64,000 bases of DNA from Lytechinus pictus (lineage: Eukaryota), in contig NC_087249.1 of NCBI RefSeq assembly GCF_037042905.1, positions 10,912,001 to 10,976,000 on the forward strand, written 5' to 3'. The translations under genes were made by a program, and so were the position numbers. The notes beneath the pieces were generated by a model. It was not told the DNA's origin, did not search any database, and worked only from the letters and a program-made list of their open reading frames with translations. Below are positions 27,232 to 41,015 of the stretch, in pieces. Position 1 is the stretch's first letter, and the number at the start of each line of letters is the position of its first letter.

Positions 27232-28513
27232 ATGTGTTCTTCTGGAAAACTTTTTGGTTTGCTCTCTCCTCTCCTTGGTAAGTTAATTTTCATCGTAACT
27301 ATGATATGAATTGTAAAATTATTCTTAGGACAGTTTAGATAGAATTAACATCCACGCTGAAACTTGGTAGAACACTAGAACCACATGTATTAGCGGCAGA
27401 TTCTTGGATCGGATACTCTTTAATAATGTCACCTGCTTAGCTTAGTGTACACTTGCTTTATTTGATATTAAGTTGGTGGTCTTTGCCTTTAAAAAATGTA
27501 TCTCTATGCATATTGCAGCTTTATCCTTTTAGGATTTTTTATGTGTAAAGAATGGTAATTGATGTAATTTTTAAACGAGTCAACTCGAAATTGAGTTCTA
27601 TCAATTCGATTAGTGAGATATTGATTTAAAATATTAATAATAAATATCTAAAAGTATATCATGGAGTTCAGGTGGGCTGTTTGATTATTAGAATAATAAT
27701 TCATCTTAAAGTTATAGTTCTTTTTAGATAACATATCCAATTATCCTTAAAGTTATAATGTAGTTCTTTATAAATAATATATCCAGGCTACCCAAAAAAA
27801 TATTCTTCAACTTTTGGTATTATTCGTTAGTGAGTCATTTGATCATGTTGATTATTCCTTTAAAAAGAAGGAGAAGCGGATAATTTTTTTTTTTTTGGGG
27901 GGGGGGGAGAAGATAGGAAATATGAAGACGATGGGGGGCGACATTGTGAAAATGGTGGCGGTGACAGTGGTGTGATTTTATTATTAATTGCCTGATTGTG
28001 CCTTTCATTTTCATTTCAATCTAACCCATTTTCATTTTACTTTCAGTTTTCTGTGTAATGACTGAGGCCAGTCGTGGGGCTGTAGCAATCCACATAGCCA
28101 ATGTGCCTCAGGAGCAAACCCTAATGAATGTCCCAATGAATCAAGTCATGGCTGACGAATCATCCGAAACAGTCGAATCATCCGAAACGTCCGAATCATC
28201 CGAAACATCCGAATCATCCGAAGTATCAGCCGAATCATCCGAGACAGACGGATTAACCGAAATGGCCGAAGTCGAAACGGGAGTCGAAACAAATACGGAC
28301 GCTGCTGCCAATAACGCTGGCCTCATGAACCCAGCAGTACCGATTCCTGTCCGGAGCGGGAGCAAAGTTGGCGGGAATCTTGCTATTGTTTTCGGTGTTT
28401 TGGGGCTGGTTGCTGTGGTAGTCGTAGGAGCTTCCTTTGTTCTTCGCAGACAAAGGCGCTCTTACGTTTTAGCAAGATATGAAGAACAGCAACTGATGAT
28501 GGAGAAATCGTAA
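27232..28513 (+). CDS. G4: paralog of G2/G3, 170 aa, 2 exons
   Basis: Exon 1 27232-27277 (G3-type); exon 2 28047-28513 (G2-type, with a private F-to-S change in the TM and a T-to-A change). Confidence 0.9.
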
Positions 28514-30665
28514 TTTATGCTCTTCACTTGGTCATCTCAACTTAACAATGGAGTCAGAGGATGAAAAAAAATGTATTCTTGATGTTGAACGCATATAGTA
28601 CAACAACTAAACTGCTCTGTATTATGTAACCATAGGGATATTGCAATTGCAATGGGGACGGATTCTACAATATGGTAAATCAATTGAAAATGCTCGTCAT
28701 AACACTGTGAACAGCTTAGAGGTCTTTGCCAATGGTTGGTCGACCGGGACAGCAGATCGTCCTTAGATTTGGACCTGACGAAAAATTGCAAATTTGTGGT
28801 TTGTCCAGAGTCCAGGACGACACTGCTGTTATTCACCGATTTTCCACAGAGACTCCTTTGTCATGAAGGTCCTTTGACAATATATTTTCTGTGTTCTAGA
28901 AGGCGTCTGCGTACTGGTTGCGAAAAGAGTCATACGACGAAGCCTACTTCAAACTGGTCGATGGTATGTCATTCTAAATCACGTAAAAGATTCGGACGTT
29001 TTAGATCTGGTATGACTGCATAGCATTCGATAGTATGGGGGAGAAGTAATTGTATTTTGTAACTACTCAAAATGTGTAACCTTCGTGAAATTGATAATTC
29101 CTTAAAATTTACCTGTCAAAATTCTAGTTCATGAAGATATTGAGATATAAAGACCCGTGGCAAATATTCCATGTACAGTTATTATGTCTATGCTTATATT
29201 TTTTGTACCAATGGCTTTTATTGAAATATGATAAGATTTTAACGCATTATTTTTCCTTTTTTTCAAACGAAGTGCAATGTATTTACATTACGGTATTTAA
29301 TTCTTATATATTTTGCAAATTATATTCAATCATTGTATTCATTTTTTTTTCTTACTTATTGTAAAACTTAATTATGCTGTATATATTTGCATTTTGATCT
29401 TAATGAAATTTGAATAAATGGAGTATTTATTCAAACAATGGGACATTCGTAACACATGGACGTTATTTATATAGTTATTAGACATCGAGATTGATTGATT
29501 GGATAACTGGCTGATTGGTGGTTGGTCGATTAATGATGTTGATGGGTAGAAGGATGAATGGATAGATTTGGAAATGAATAGAAATTGATAGAGGATGGGT
29601 GGATGGATGGATGGGTGAATAGATGGATAAATGGATTGAAAATGAAGAGACCAACGGATGACTGTATAAGAAGCTGGTTTGTGGCATGAATAGACTAGGA
29701 ACGATGAAGGAAGAATTGATGGATGGATGAATGGTTGGACCGATGGATGGAATATCCGTTGGATGGATGGCTAGAAGGATTTTTGGATGGATGGATGATT
29801 AGATGGATGGCTTGATGGATGAATAAAAGAGATTGGTGGTTGAAAGGAAGAATCAAAGAAAGTGATATGCGATTTATTTTGCCTTGGATGAAGCAATGTA
29901 GTTTGGCTCTACGCCATCTCTTCCTTCCAAGTTTATTAATCGCAAACAAAAACTTAAGCCAAGATTCGTCTGGCTTAAAGTTAACACAGGTTATAATATA
30001 GTTTTTACAGCACTTTATAATGACAAAGTCTTTAACTTGTTTCGAACACAGCCCCCCTCTGCTCCCCTCTCATTCTCTCTTTTTTTATTCGTCTTTCTTT
30101 GTCTCAATCGTTGTTTGATTCTGATTTCAATAGATATATTGCATATCAATATTCATTTTGGCAAATATTACAGAGGATAATTTTTCGAAAATAGGTTATC
30201 TTTATAGAATATGCCTGACATTTCACACAACAAATATTATGATTAAACAATATGTCAATCATTCATCAATAACACGGTTAAAACGAATCCTTGTCAGTAT
30301 ATAGTCAACCAATCAATCCATCCATATCCACTCTTCGATTAATCAATAACTTCATCTAATTATCTAATAAAAAACATTAGCAGTCATATTGCCACAGTCA
30401 CACTAGCGAAACCGGCTCCAGATCGTTCAAAGCTATTACCTCACATTCGGACGACCGATCATCAGTCGGTTTGGAGTCGAATGCGTTGGTGTAACTGTGT
30501 AACATCCATGATCATCCAGGGGCCAGGTTCCCGTTTCATAACGACTTGTTACAATGCATAATTTATATAAGTTCACTATTAGCCAATCAAATCGAATTAT
30601 TTCAGTAGCTTAAAACTGTTGTTGCACATTCGTTATTGCAACAAGTCTTACGCAACGGATCCCAG

Positions 30666-30935
30666 GGCCCCGTCTTACAAAGAGTTACGATTGATCCGAT
30701 CAATCGTAACTCTATGGAAATCCATCAGTTTCATATTTTTTTCTACAGGAAATTTGCAAAATGTCCTTTGTAAACAAAAAGGAACACACTGAATTACCAA
30801 GAAAACAATGGATTTATGAATATACAACAAATCTGGAAAACATTTTGAACAAACGTGCATTTTAGATGTTGACGGTGCTGGCTTTCCATAGTTGCAATTG
30901 ATTGGATCGATCGCAACTCTTTGTAAGACGGGCCC
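30666..30935. mobile_element. PIF/Harbinger-like MITE
   Basis: TIRs ggccccgtcttacaaagagtt / aactctttgtaagacgggccc, flanked by cag on both sides. Confidence 0.75.
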
Positions 30936-31307
30936 CAGATCTCACTTGCAGGCAACTTTACCACCATTAATCAAGACAAATTGAAAACTGTATGCATTTC
31001 TTGATCATTTTAATAATTGTCATATCTTAGAGCATGTAAAGCAAAATAGTAAAACCATAGAACACCATTTTGTGTCTGCTACACATACAAGTTATAGGAA
31101 AATCATCATCGCAATATAAATATTATATTGATTGACATTAGAGCTGACATTTCATTCGAAATAATTACACGTATAGGCATTTGTATTTGACAAATTTGAC
31201 AAAGTAAAGCAATCTTAGAATTATTTTTAAAAAAAGTTCTTCACTTTATTTTTTATTTATTTTTTTACTGATAGTTGTTTCACGAGGATTTTTCATGAGT
31301 ATGACAA

Positions 31308-31418
31308 CGCTACAGTTACACCAACGAAACTGACTCCAAATCCGACAAATGTTGTGCATTGGAAATAACGTAACTGCATTCGTCTGTCTGGGGTCGGTTT
31401 CGCCGCTGTAACTGTGCC
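31308..31418. repeat. ~110 bp palindromic MITE in the G5 3' flank (relatives at ~30391-30500, ~43698-43810 and, split by an insertion, ~44930-45300)
   Basis: acagttacacc...gtgtaactgt-type inverted ends and a shared cattggaaataacgtaa core. Confidence 0.6.
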
Positions 31419-31450
31419 TGTGGCATAAGATTAGGCAATGAAATATACGA

Positions 31451-32376
31451 TTAAGCAAAATTATCTCTTCTGTGCTTCCTTATTGCAAAGACAGCCCCAG
31501 CAATGACGACAGCGACTACTCCAACCGCGGCAAGAGCGATTGCAACGGTCTGTCCTGAAGCCGCTGACTCCCTGCCGAATACGCCATTGTGCCCTCGAGC
31601 TCTGGTGTTGGGGAGCATATTCCCGGCTACTTGGTTTCCACTACCGACCGAGACCGGTGCACCAGCAGGAGCAGCCGCGGCGTTATTACCGGTAGCCGCA
31701 GCGTTGTTACCGGTAGCTGCGGCGTTGTTACCGGTAGCCGCGGCGGCAATGTCCTCGTCCGCATCGTTGTCCATGTCGTCCTCGGATGATTCGGTAGATT
31801 CGGAACTCACACTGTCGTCGTCATCTGTAGTGGTTGTGTTCATCTGGGTTGTGGGGGTCGTGTCACCCATGGTCTGCTTCTGTGGTACGTTTAACCCTTG
31901 CCTTGCCTCGGCCATAATACAGAAAACTGTGGAGAGGACGTTGAAATACCGTTTAGACGTTTTCCTTGAGCTTCAAAGAATATGGGGGCAGTCTTTAGTC
32001 AGTCACATAAAGATAATCCATGGTAATTACCAGAACTGATCTTTATGTGACAGACTAAATTCAAAACAAAAATCATATCATATAACATTAAAATGATATT
32101 TGTTTTGAATAATTCATAATGAGATAAACTTATTCGTGACGGTGTAGACATACTGATTAAGCAAACAACTAACAAACTTTAAGATGATTTAATCGAGAAA
32201 AGTGAAAACCTTTAAAGTTGGGCTCTTCCATAATAATGTCGTATCACCCCCCCCCCCCATAATATTTTATTTACCACCGGCAGTCAGATATGAGGTTTTA
32301 TAAAGAGTAAGAAAATAAGCATGTACTTACCAAACAGAAGACAAAAAAGACCAAACATCTTTCCAGTAGAAGCCAT
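31451..32376 (-). CDS. G5: acidic single-pass membrane protein, P16-like architecture, 173 aa, 2 exons
   Basis: Exon 1 32376-32331 (MASTGKMFGLFCLLF+G, donor gtaagt); exon 2 31926-31451 (VFCIMAEA...). DDDDSVSSESTESSEDD, (ATGNNAA)x3, TM VAIALAAVGVVAVVIAGAVFAI, tail RKHRRDNFA. Confidence 0.9.
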
Positions 32377-32500
32377 TTTGATTTTAAGCGATTTGTCAGT
32401 ACTAAAATTTAGGAGCAAGAAAGTGTGACCAGTGTCTGCCTTTGCTAAGCTGCTACGAGACCTGAGCAAGATGTGATGAAAATCTTTGAGATCAACCCAC

Positions 32501-32507
32501 TTTTATA
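32501..32507 (-). promoter_or_regulatory. TATA box of G5
   Basis: tgTATAAAAg on the minus strand, 131 nt upstream of the ATG. Confidence 0.7.
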
Positions 32508-35500
32508 CAAATTTTCGCTGGATCGAAAATTCAAAAGGATATAATTTCATAATTATGGAATTACTGACGAACAATACCACACACCTGTCACTGTGTTGTT
32601 ATCCCGTCGCCTAAGTGTTAATCGCATGTGTCTTGGCACGTAAGATTATCTAATCGCATAGCTAAAATTTGTTTAAGACCAAGACAAAATGATGTCCAGA
32701 ACGGAACTATGAAACTCTAAAAAATTATTTGCATGATTTCATATCCATACTTGTCATCACGGCAAATTAAGAGTAAGTGAAAGGTGCAGCGATTGAACAG
32801 GTGAAATTGTGGAAGAATATTGGCCGAGAAAGTGATATTATGCAGGGGAAGGGAGAGTTATCAGGTTATGAAAACGTGTCCTTGCCTTTATTGATTCAAT
32901 ATTCTCAGTGAAGAGAGATCACAAGACTGATCATCAATCTTATATTTGGCGCGGTTCATATTGTCTGAGACGAACGAACATGGAATCTGCTTAATTAAGA
33001 GGTGAAAAGTGGGAGTGATTATTTCTCCTCCCAATTACCTTCTGTCAGCTACCACAATTATTAACAGGGTCCCGTTGCAGGAATAGTTGCGATTAAACGC
33101 AATTCCAAAGTAATGAAACATCAATCGCAACTTGATTTACAACCGGGAATCCGTAACACAAAGATTAGCGATCAATCGCTAAATGAACTGACCAATCAAT
33201 ACCAATGTTACACGCGCATTAGGTTTAAAATACTGACCAGGGACCAATCAGTGCGGTTCTTTCATATTTGCAATTCATCTCAAACCTTTGTGTTACGGAG
33301 CCCAAAATACAACCTATCAGAAACCATCTCTCTCTCTCTCTCGGAAACAAGTTTTAAATGCGCTAGTCTTTTGTGAGGACCCACTTTAAGTTTCAATCAG
33401 GGTCTGTGCCTGCAGACTAGCCGTTGGCGGGGGACCTAGTGTTTTTCTCTAAACAGATGTTATTAATAATATAGGTGTAAGATAGTATTACGGCCGACCC
33501 AGAAATTGTTATTTTTGAAACTCTTTTTAGTTCTTATATTTCCCTTTTCTTCCCCCTTTTCTTCTTTCTTTTATTGTTTACTAAGTATGCAAAATGATAG
33601 GGGGGCCTCATTCCGCCTCCTGCAGGGCAGCCCCTTAAGGATCATTCAACCATGAAATAAATATTTTCAAAAGTAATGCCAACCCTAAAGCTTTGATATT
33701 GTGTTAAATTAAAGAGGCCACAATTCAATATGTTAATAAATAATAAGTACACGAAATAAAACAAATCAAAATTAAATAAAAATTTATTTTTAAAAACTCC
33801 TCCACGGCTAAGGTAGTTGAAATATCTTTCTGTCATGTTAAAAAAAAGAACAAAATAATAAACAAATCGAGACAAAACAGTGAAATGATTTTTAAAAAGT
33901 CTCTGTCGCGACAGAAGAAGCAAATATCTAAAAAGGACTGTATCTACAGGTGCGGGCCATGGCGTATTAACACCACTTTGGCTTTCGACAATACATTAGA
34001 GTCGACATCATTCAGTGTTAAAACAAGGTCGGTATTATTTCAAATTTGTGTTATTTCAGCACTTATCTGGTGTTGGATTTGTTAAGTTGATGGGGCCATA
34101 TCCATTCGATGATTTCCGCCACGGGTGTGTGCGTGAGAATATGTAATTGACGTTATTTTTTATCAATCATATTTGGGACTGATTTAACATCACCAACCGA
34201 AAGACTTGACCGGGGCTCGAACCTCTGCATCGATTCGAAACATGATTTCCGTAAGATAAAACAGTCATATAAAATTACAAATCGATAAGGTAAAGATTAC
34301 GGCAGGTAGCCCATTTACAGCTGCAACAATAATTATTGCTGCTGGTCTTCCATGGGGCCAGTACATTGTAAGACAAATTAATAAGTCAAACGAGCACCGG
34401 TGGGTTTTTTTTTTTCAGTGTAGAAGTGTCTCAGGAAACAGTTCGAATAGGATATAGAGAGGGGGAGACAGAATACAAAGTTTGGCAGGCGGGGAATAAG
34501 GAGATAATGTATATTGATCATAATTGAAAGAACAGATGAGACAGACGCTGTCAACGATATTGACAGATTATGAGGGGGTGAGAGAACTCAAGATTAGTCA
34601 CAACAGGCCCCAATGTATAACACACCGCTCACACAGTAAGCCTGACAGATACGAGGAAATTTCCAATCACTCTCGATAACTCTCCACCAATCACATGAGA
34701 GCGAATACTGACGTCATCCTGCAAGTGAAGGGTTGTTTATTTTGTTTCCCGCCAATGTTTCGCCCGATTCTCATATGGTAATGGCACGGCTATAGTTCTC
34801 GGTTCGTTGTTATTGGCTAAAAAGTTCACAGCGGAGCAGATGACTGCGATATTAGACACCATGGTCCGTTACCTTAGGCCATGGTCTTACTCTGTGCTCA
34901 AATTAGGGGAGGCCGAATATGTCAAAATTTTGTTAACATTCGATGTTTCATTAATGTGTGCACTGTGCCCTTTCATCACGTTATAATGGGGAAGAAAACT
35001 AATTCAGTAATCATTCCTCTGACAGTTACATGTATGAGTGATCTGCAGAGGTGTTTATACAGCACCAGATTGGCTTTGGGCTAACACCAGATAGGCATTT
35101 AAACAGCACCAGTCAGTGTTAAAACATTGATTTTATTCTGAACAGGTGTTGTCGCGACACTTCTCTTGTGTTATACCGGGCTTGTGTTAAACTTAACACC
35201 CGCACCCGTCTTTTTGCTGTGAAAAATTACGTAGTCAGCTCCAATTTTTACACTTTCTCATTTATTTTTGATGTCCATGATGGTAGAATTTTCAAAACTT
35301 TTGTAAAATACAGCTACTATATTATTTTTTTTTAATATTTTGAACATTTTATATGGACATTGATTCGTTAACGTGATAACTGGCGATATGATATTTTTCT
35401 GTTATATTCTCACAAAATAAATGTTTCTTGAAAATATCTCTGATAATATTTTACTTCTTGACTTCCAATTAAAGAATCGGATATCAGAAAGCAACAAACA

Positions 35501-37231
35501 AAACTATATATCTTTATAGTTTTAACTTATTTCATATAATGTGCTTGACAAAAAGTTGTAATATCGTATCTTTAAAACGTAAAAAAAGAAGGAAAAAAAA
35601 GACGTAATAATTCAAATTTTTTGATCACCGCCAAAGAAAGTTCTCATGTTAAATCGCAAAGTATGTCCACAAAACGACATGTTTATTTCCACAGAGTAAT
35701 CATGGTAACAGTTTTAGGATATTCGCGTTCATGTAAAGAAGTGACAGATCTGAGTGGATATGTCTGTCAAGAAATCTAGAAATCAAGAAATCAAAAGTGA
35801 CTTTTTTTAACAGTACTTACTCATGCAATTTAACCCCCTGATCTATTTCAATGCATATTAGATATATGTTATATATGATAATAAAATAATTCAAAAATGA
35901 TATCGTGCAGAGAGAACAAACGAAAGAGAAGAGAAAGAGAGGGGGTGGATTGTGGGAGGGGGTGATAGAAACAAGGAGTGCGATAAGAAGCACTAGGTTA
36001 TGATCTCGCGATCTATAATGTGTGACTTAATTGTTTATATCGGAGTTACTTCAAGGATCAAATTTTAAAAACGAGATTAAAATTAGGATTTTACTTCAAT
36101 TTCAACTTTAACTAGGCTTCCCTTTCTTACTCCCCATTTTTGGAGAGTACTCTAGTGAACTTAAAACCAACGGTCCTGAAGTTCAATTTTGATGACCAAA
36201 TTAGGCGTATCTATAGTGTCATAGAGCACGATCAGATAAATGCCTTTATATATTTATGTAGAAAGGAAACAAGTTATAAAATTATTCAGTTATTCGTCCC
36301 TTTACTACCAAGAATATTTATTTTTCCTTGTCATAAATTAGCCATCTCTCTTTCACCCTACTTTATTCTCTTTCGTATTTTTCGTTCTAAGATTTTTTTT
36401 TTTGGATACCGGATCCATAATTTAACCAAAATTTAAAAACAATTACTAAAGTCTCAAAGATTATCAGGCGGATTAATCCACCGGCATTCAATATTTACGT
36501 TAAGATACATTCGAATCAAGTCATCATTAAGTTGTGTATTTTACGAAAAATGACTAAAGCCACAATAATAATTGGAAGAATATACATTACATTATAACGT
36601 TATTCTTTTCAACCAAGAAAATATGTGTGCTTTACTAAGAATTATCAAAGTCAGAAAAATAATTAAAAGAATACACATAACCTCCCAGCGGCATTCAAGA
36701 TTTAGAGATCGATACATTTTAACATAGAGATCGCAGCAATATAATGTCCTCCGGACTAATTAATATTTTGGTTCGCACTTTGGCATTATGGTGAGAATAC
36801 TCATACATACAATTAACCCGCGCTAACTTAAAGGCGGGAATGACAAAAAATAAATGTTCAAGTACAATTAGCTAGTGAATTCTTGGCATTCATTCGCGCG
36901 CCATTATGATTCATATGACTATATCACCTGTTAAGCATATCTAAACAGTATGACTTATATCTACGACAGAAGGACTGAGATAAGTATTCAGGGTTTATAA
37001 CGATAAATGATTGAAGTGACCATAATTCGCGAAGGTCTAATCGCCATAGAGTCCATTTCATATATCAAGGAAAATATGAAAAGAAATAATTTTCCAGTCG
37101 AGGTTAAATCAACGTATCTCAGCGCCAAATTAATTGAACTTCATTTCTTTTCTTAATAATTTACCTTCGCTATTAACAAAAATTACACAGGTGTAAAATA
37201 TACAAATGTTAAATTTTGGAGGGAGAAATTG

Positions 37232-37238
37232 TATAAAA
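37232..37238 (+). promoter_or_regulatory. TATA box of G6
   Basis: tgTATAAAAgg, 114 nt upstream of the ATG. Confidence 0.7.
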
Positions 37239-37345
37239 GGGAGACGTGAGGGGCATACTCGTCAGATTGCCCCTCGGCTTGATAGGTACAACTTCAAGTA
37301 GCAGTACTGATTTGAAGAACGTAGGTTTGCTATCATCATAGAACC

Positions 37346-38658
37346 ATGGTTTCATCAGCAAAGATAATCTGCCTTGTGGCTTTTCTGAGTGGTAAGATGT
37401 CAATATTGCTTTCTTAATTTTGTTATACCGACATGGCATGTCGCACCGGTGAATCCGACCCCGGACCGTACAAATCTATTACGTTATTACCAATAGCATA
37501 TCATCGATCGGTTTGGTTTCAATGTCTTGGTGTGACTGTAGCAATATAGGAAGCGAATGGGGAGGAGGCTGCTGCCCCCTGAAAAAAATAACCTGCTTAT
37601 CAATTAACCTTTTTTTTTCATATTCTATCCAAAAAGGTTTGAGACCTTCAATCTTAAGTTATAATACTAAAAAAATAAATCGACTTGGTCACTTTGCTCC
37701 CTCGTTTGTATGCGTATACTTTGTAATAAAAAATCAGCGTTGTGGCTTTTAATTACTTTTAGTCACCTATAATCTATAACCATTTTAGGATTTTTTTGGA
37801 TAATCCATAAAACAATCCGGGGTTTTAGAATTCTGTGAAATGATGAAATAAAAATTATATTACGAGCATTATTATCTTGGGCGAGAGTTTTCAATTTGGT
37901 TTTGATCCATTGACAGCAGAATAGACAATGTGAAAATATTATTCACACTGTTAACAGTGTGAAGATATTTCCACACTGTGGACAACACGAATGTGTGACT
38001 GTTCACATGTGTTCACATGGTCGATTATATGAATATGTGATTCATACTGTTGAAATGCACAAATTTGACAGTGTGAAAGTGATATCATATTGTGTTCCTC
38101 ACTGTGAACACACTGTGAGACACTGTGTTCTTTTTAGTAGGGAAACCACAACCATGGTTAAGATCATAGTATAATTTCAATTTCTTCGCAACATTTCTTT
38201 ATCTTTTAGCACTTTGCCTGGTGGCAGAAGCAAGAGCCAAATTTCCAGGTGTGGCAAAGCATATCGGATCACCTCAGAAGCAAACACAGATCAACCCTCA
38301 AGCCCCAATGGCCCAGACCGACGCATCGGCCTCTGCTTCATCAGAATCAATGTCATCGGAAACAGACGATGACGACGCCGCTGCTAACACCGCCGCCGCC
38401 GCCGCTCCAGCCGCTGCAGCACCAGCACCAATCGGCGGCAACCTCCCGATGTTGGCTGCGAACGGACGACAGTTGCCGAACACCGGAGCTCGGGACCCGA
38501 ATCAGATGTTCGGTAGGGGATCTGGAAGTTCGGGAAAGAGCGTCGGGGTTGCTTTCGCCGTTCTTGCGCTGATTGCCGTGGTGGTAGCAGGAGCATACTT
38601 TGGAGTCCGGAAATACAGACCACATCTCGTTTCACATTTCACATCAGAGGACGAATGA
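37346..38658 (+). CDS. G6: acidic single-pass membrane protein, P16-like architecture, 164 aa, 2 exons
   Basis: Exon 1 37346-37391 (MVSSAKIICLVAFLS+G, donor gtaaga); exon 2 38210-38658 after ttttag (ALCLVAEA...). SSESMSSETDDDD, TM VGVAFAVLALIAVVVAGAYFGV, tail RKYRPH.... AATAAA at 38857-38862. Confidence 0.9.
37914..38142. repeat. cacagtgtg-family MITE in the G6 intron
   Basis: Reverse-complement similarity to 44977-45238 and 7775-8057. Confidence 0.6.
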
Positions 38659-39602
38659 AAAATCAAAACTTTTCTGTTTTGCTTGACCGAACATTATCTT
38701 AAGGGATTTGTATCATGTATTATGAAGAAAATGTCCAAATTTTATCATCTATTTAACTGCCTTTGTCATGTTTATTGTATATTTGCTGTGATATGTGAGC
38801 GTAACATCGAGTTTTAATATTTTTTCCTTCCTTTTAACATCATGTATTGTCCACTCAATAAAGTCATCTTGTTATAACCATATTACCTTTGTCGTTATAT
38901 TGAAACTTTTTTTTCTTTAGAAAAATGATCTAATAAAAAATCTTTGTTGAAAAAGAGAGAGAAAAGAACGTTGCAACTTTTCATCTTTAATCGTTCCACG
39001 ATAATGACTGATGGAAATGAAAGAGGGAAATTGGGAAATTGGGAAATAGGGAAACCAGCAAAGACAGAGAGGGAGAGAGAATGGTGGTGAAGTTTAAACA
39101 AGAACGCGGGGGCAGAGCTAGAGTAGGCCGACATTAACACATGCAGAACTTTTTTCGCGCGGGGAATTAATACATTAAAAAAGTGTTTGAGGGGGGCAAG
39201 CGAACGAGCTGACTCTGAGAGCATTTTCTTTTTAAAATTATCTTATTGAAATTGATTGATCTTAAATTAACCTTTGATGTTTTGGGGGGAAAATAAAATT
39301 GTGGAGAGGGGTCAAGATACCAATCCGATCCCATACGCATAGTTGTGCTGAAGAAAATTTGTGATCTGTTAATTTTTGTAATATGGTTTTCACATTGTGA
39401 CACCCTTCGTTTAGTCTTTCTTTCTCTATTCCTCTCGCTCTCCTTTCTCCCTCTTTCTATCCATCCTTCCTCTCCCCTTCCTCTGCACTCTACGCCTCTA
39501 AATTTTCCCTTTCCTTCTCCTTAATCACTTTTTCCTACTTTTCTTCTTCTTCCTCCTCTTCTTCTCATCCTCTTCTTCGTCTTCTCTTTCTTCTTATTTT
39601 CT

Positions 39603-39633
<31 letters not shown>

Positions 39634-41015
39634 ATTATTATTATTCCATATATTCTCCTTCCTCTTCTTTTTCTTTTTTATTTTCCCTTATTCATCATTG
39701 CACCTTCACCAGTCCACTTCTATCCTCTTTGCTTCTTTCTTTTATATGTCTGGTTCTTTTCCTCATTTTTTCTTCTTTTATGAAATAATACATATTTTAC
39801 ACATACACTTATATACATGCGGTCAAATATTTATTTCCTTAAATATCTTTATCATAAAGTGATTGACATTTTGTCGCAACAATACTGTATTTATTCATCA
39901 ATATAATATAATCAAGAACACGATGATGCAACTTACTTTAAAAGTGAATATTAATCAAAGTTTGTTTCCAAAGTATGTGAGCGTATATGAAGATTATAAT
40001 ATCATAAGATTACAAGATAATGAGAAGAAAAGTGATATTTGGAACTAATACGATAAAAATCAGTAAGCAGCTGAAAGACGAAAATTTCAACAGCATGTTA
40101 TTTGTTAAGTAAATGTCTTCTTCACACCGTTTCGGGTGAATCAACCGATATAATAATTTCATTATTCATTCGGTGCAAATTGATTCTACAGTGTGCGAAA
40201 TTGTATTTTACTTTAATATTGAAATCAACGGAGGTAATTTTGCACTGATTCATATTATGCTACGATGTATGTTACTATATACCTAATATATTTGACTTCG
40301 TTATATTGCTTATTATATTGAAAATGTAAAACGGACGTCAACAACACCCAATATATCTTAATTTAAATCACATTATCTTGGAGTGTTGAGTGTCAAATCT
40401 GACAGAAATAGAACCCACTATTAAACTTGTTGGTCAATGTTTAACCAATGCTTAACAAACTTTGGTTCGTATGCTTATCCGGTTAACAATATGTTTTGTT
40501 TCTCAATATAATAATTAACATTCATCTTTTTGGTTAAGTGAGCCCAACATCATGACCAACATGACCAATGTGACCACATATATCGGTATGAATATGACCG
40601 AATGTTGAGCAGCATTTTCTGTACACAAATTGGTCAATTATTCTTGACCATGCTTCGGCCCAGTTTTGGCAAATTCTAACCCAAACTCTGTTACCAAACG
40701 ACATCTACGCAAGTTTTAAGGATTGTATTGCAGGGACCACTCGAAAATTAGGTAACAGCTTAAGTTTCTACTCAAGTTAATAAAAGATTATGATTTTAAA
40801 GTTATCATTCCATCCATTTACTTTATATAGGCCTTGTATGTTTTTTAAAATGAAAATTTCGTATATAAGATAATGAGAGCATAGCTTTAACTCATGCTTA
40901 TATTAATTCAGAATTATTTCATTTCGTCTAATATTGAATTAAAAAAATTATGAGATACATATAGTATTAGCATTTTCTTATCTTAAAAAATTCCTGAATA
41001 TATATGTGGCATTAT

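Larger units (their letters stand above)
26162..30235 (+). repeat. Tandem segmental duplication, unit 3 (partial; G4)
   Basis: Similarity ends after gcctgacatttcacacaacaaat (~30235); no transposase relic. Confidence 0.85.

Noticed and set aside
31503-32039. Long antisense ORFs overlapping G5 (similarly for G1, G6, G7 and G8)
   Set aside because: Shadows of GC-rich low-complexity coding exons; the sense strand carries the coherent signal, TM and splice structure.
38470-38620. LPNTG followed by a hydrophobic segment and basic tail in G6, resembling a Gram-positive sortase LPxTG signal
   Set aside because: The gene has a spliceosomal intron in an animal context, the motif is ~20 aa from the TM, and paralog G5 has LPNTR. 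Coincidental.
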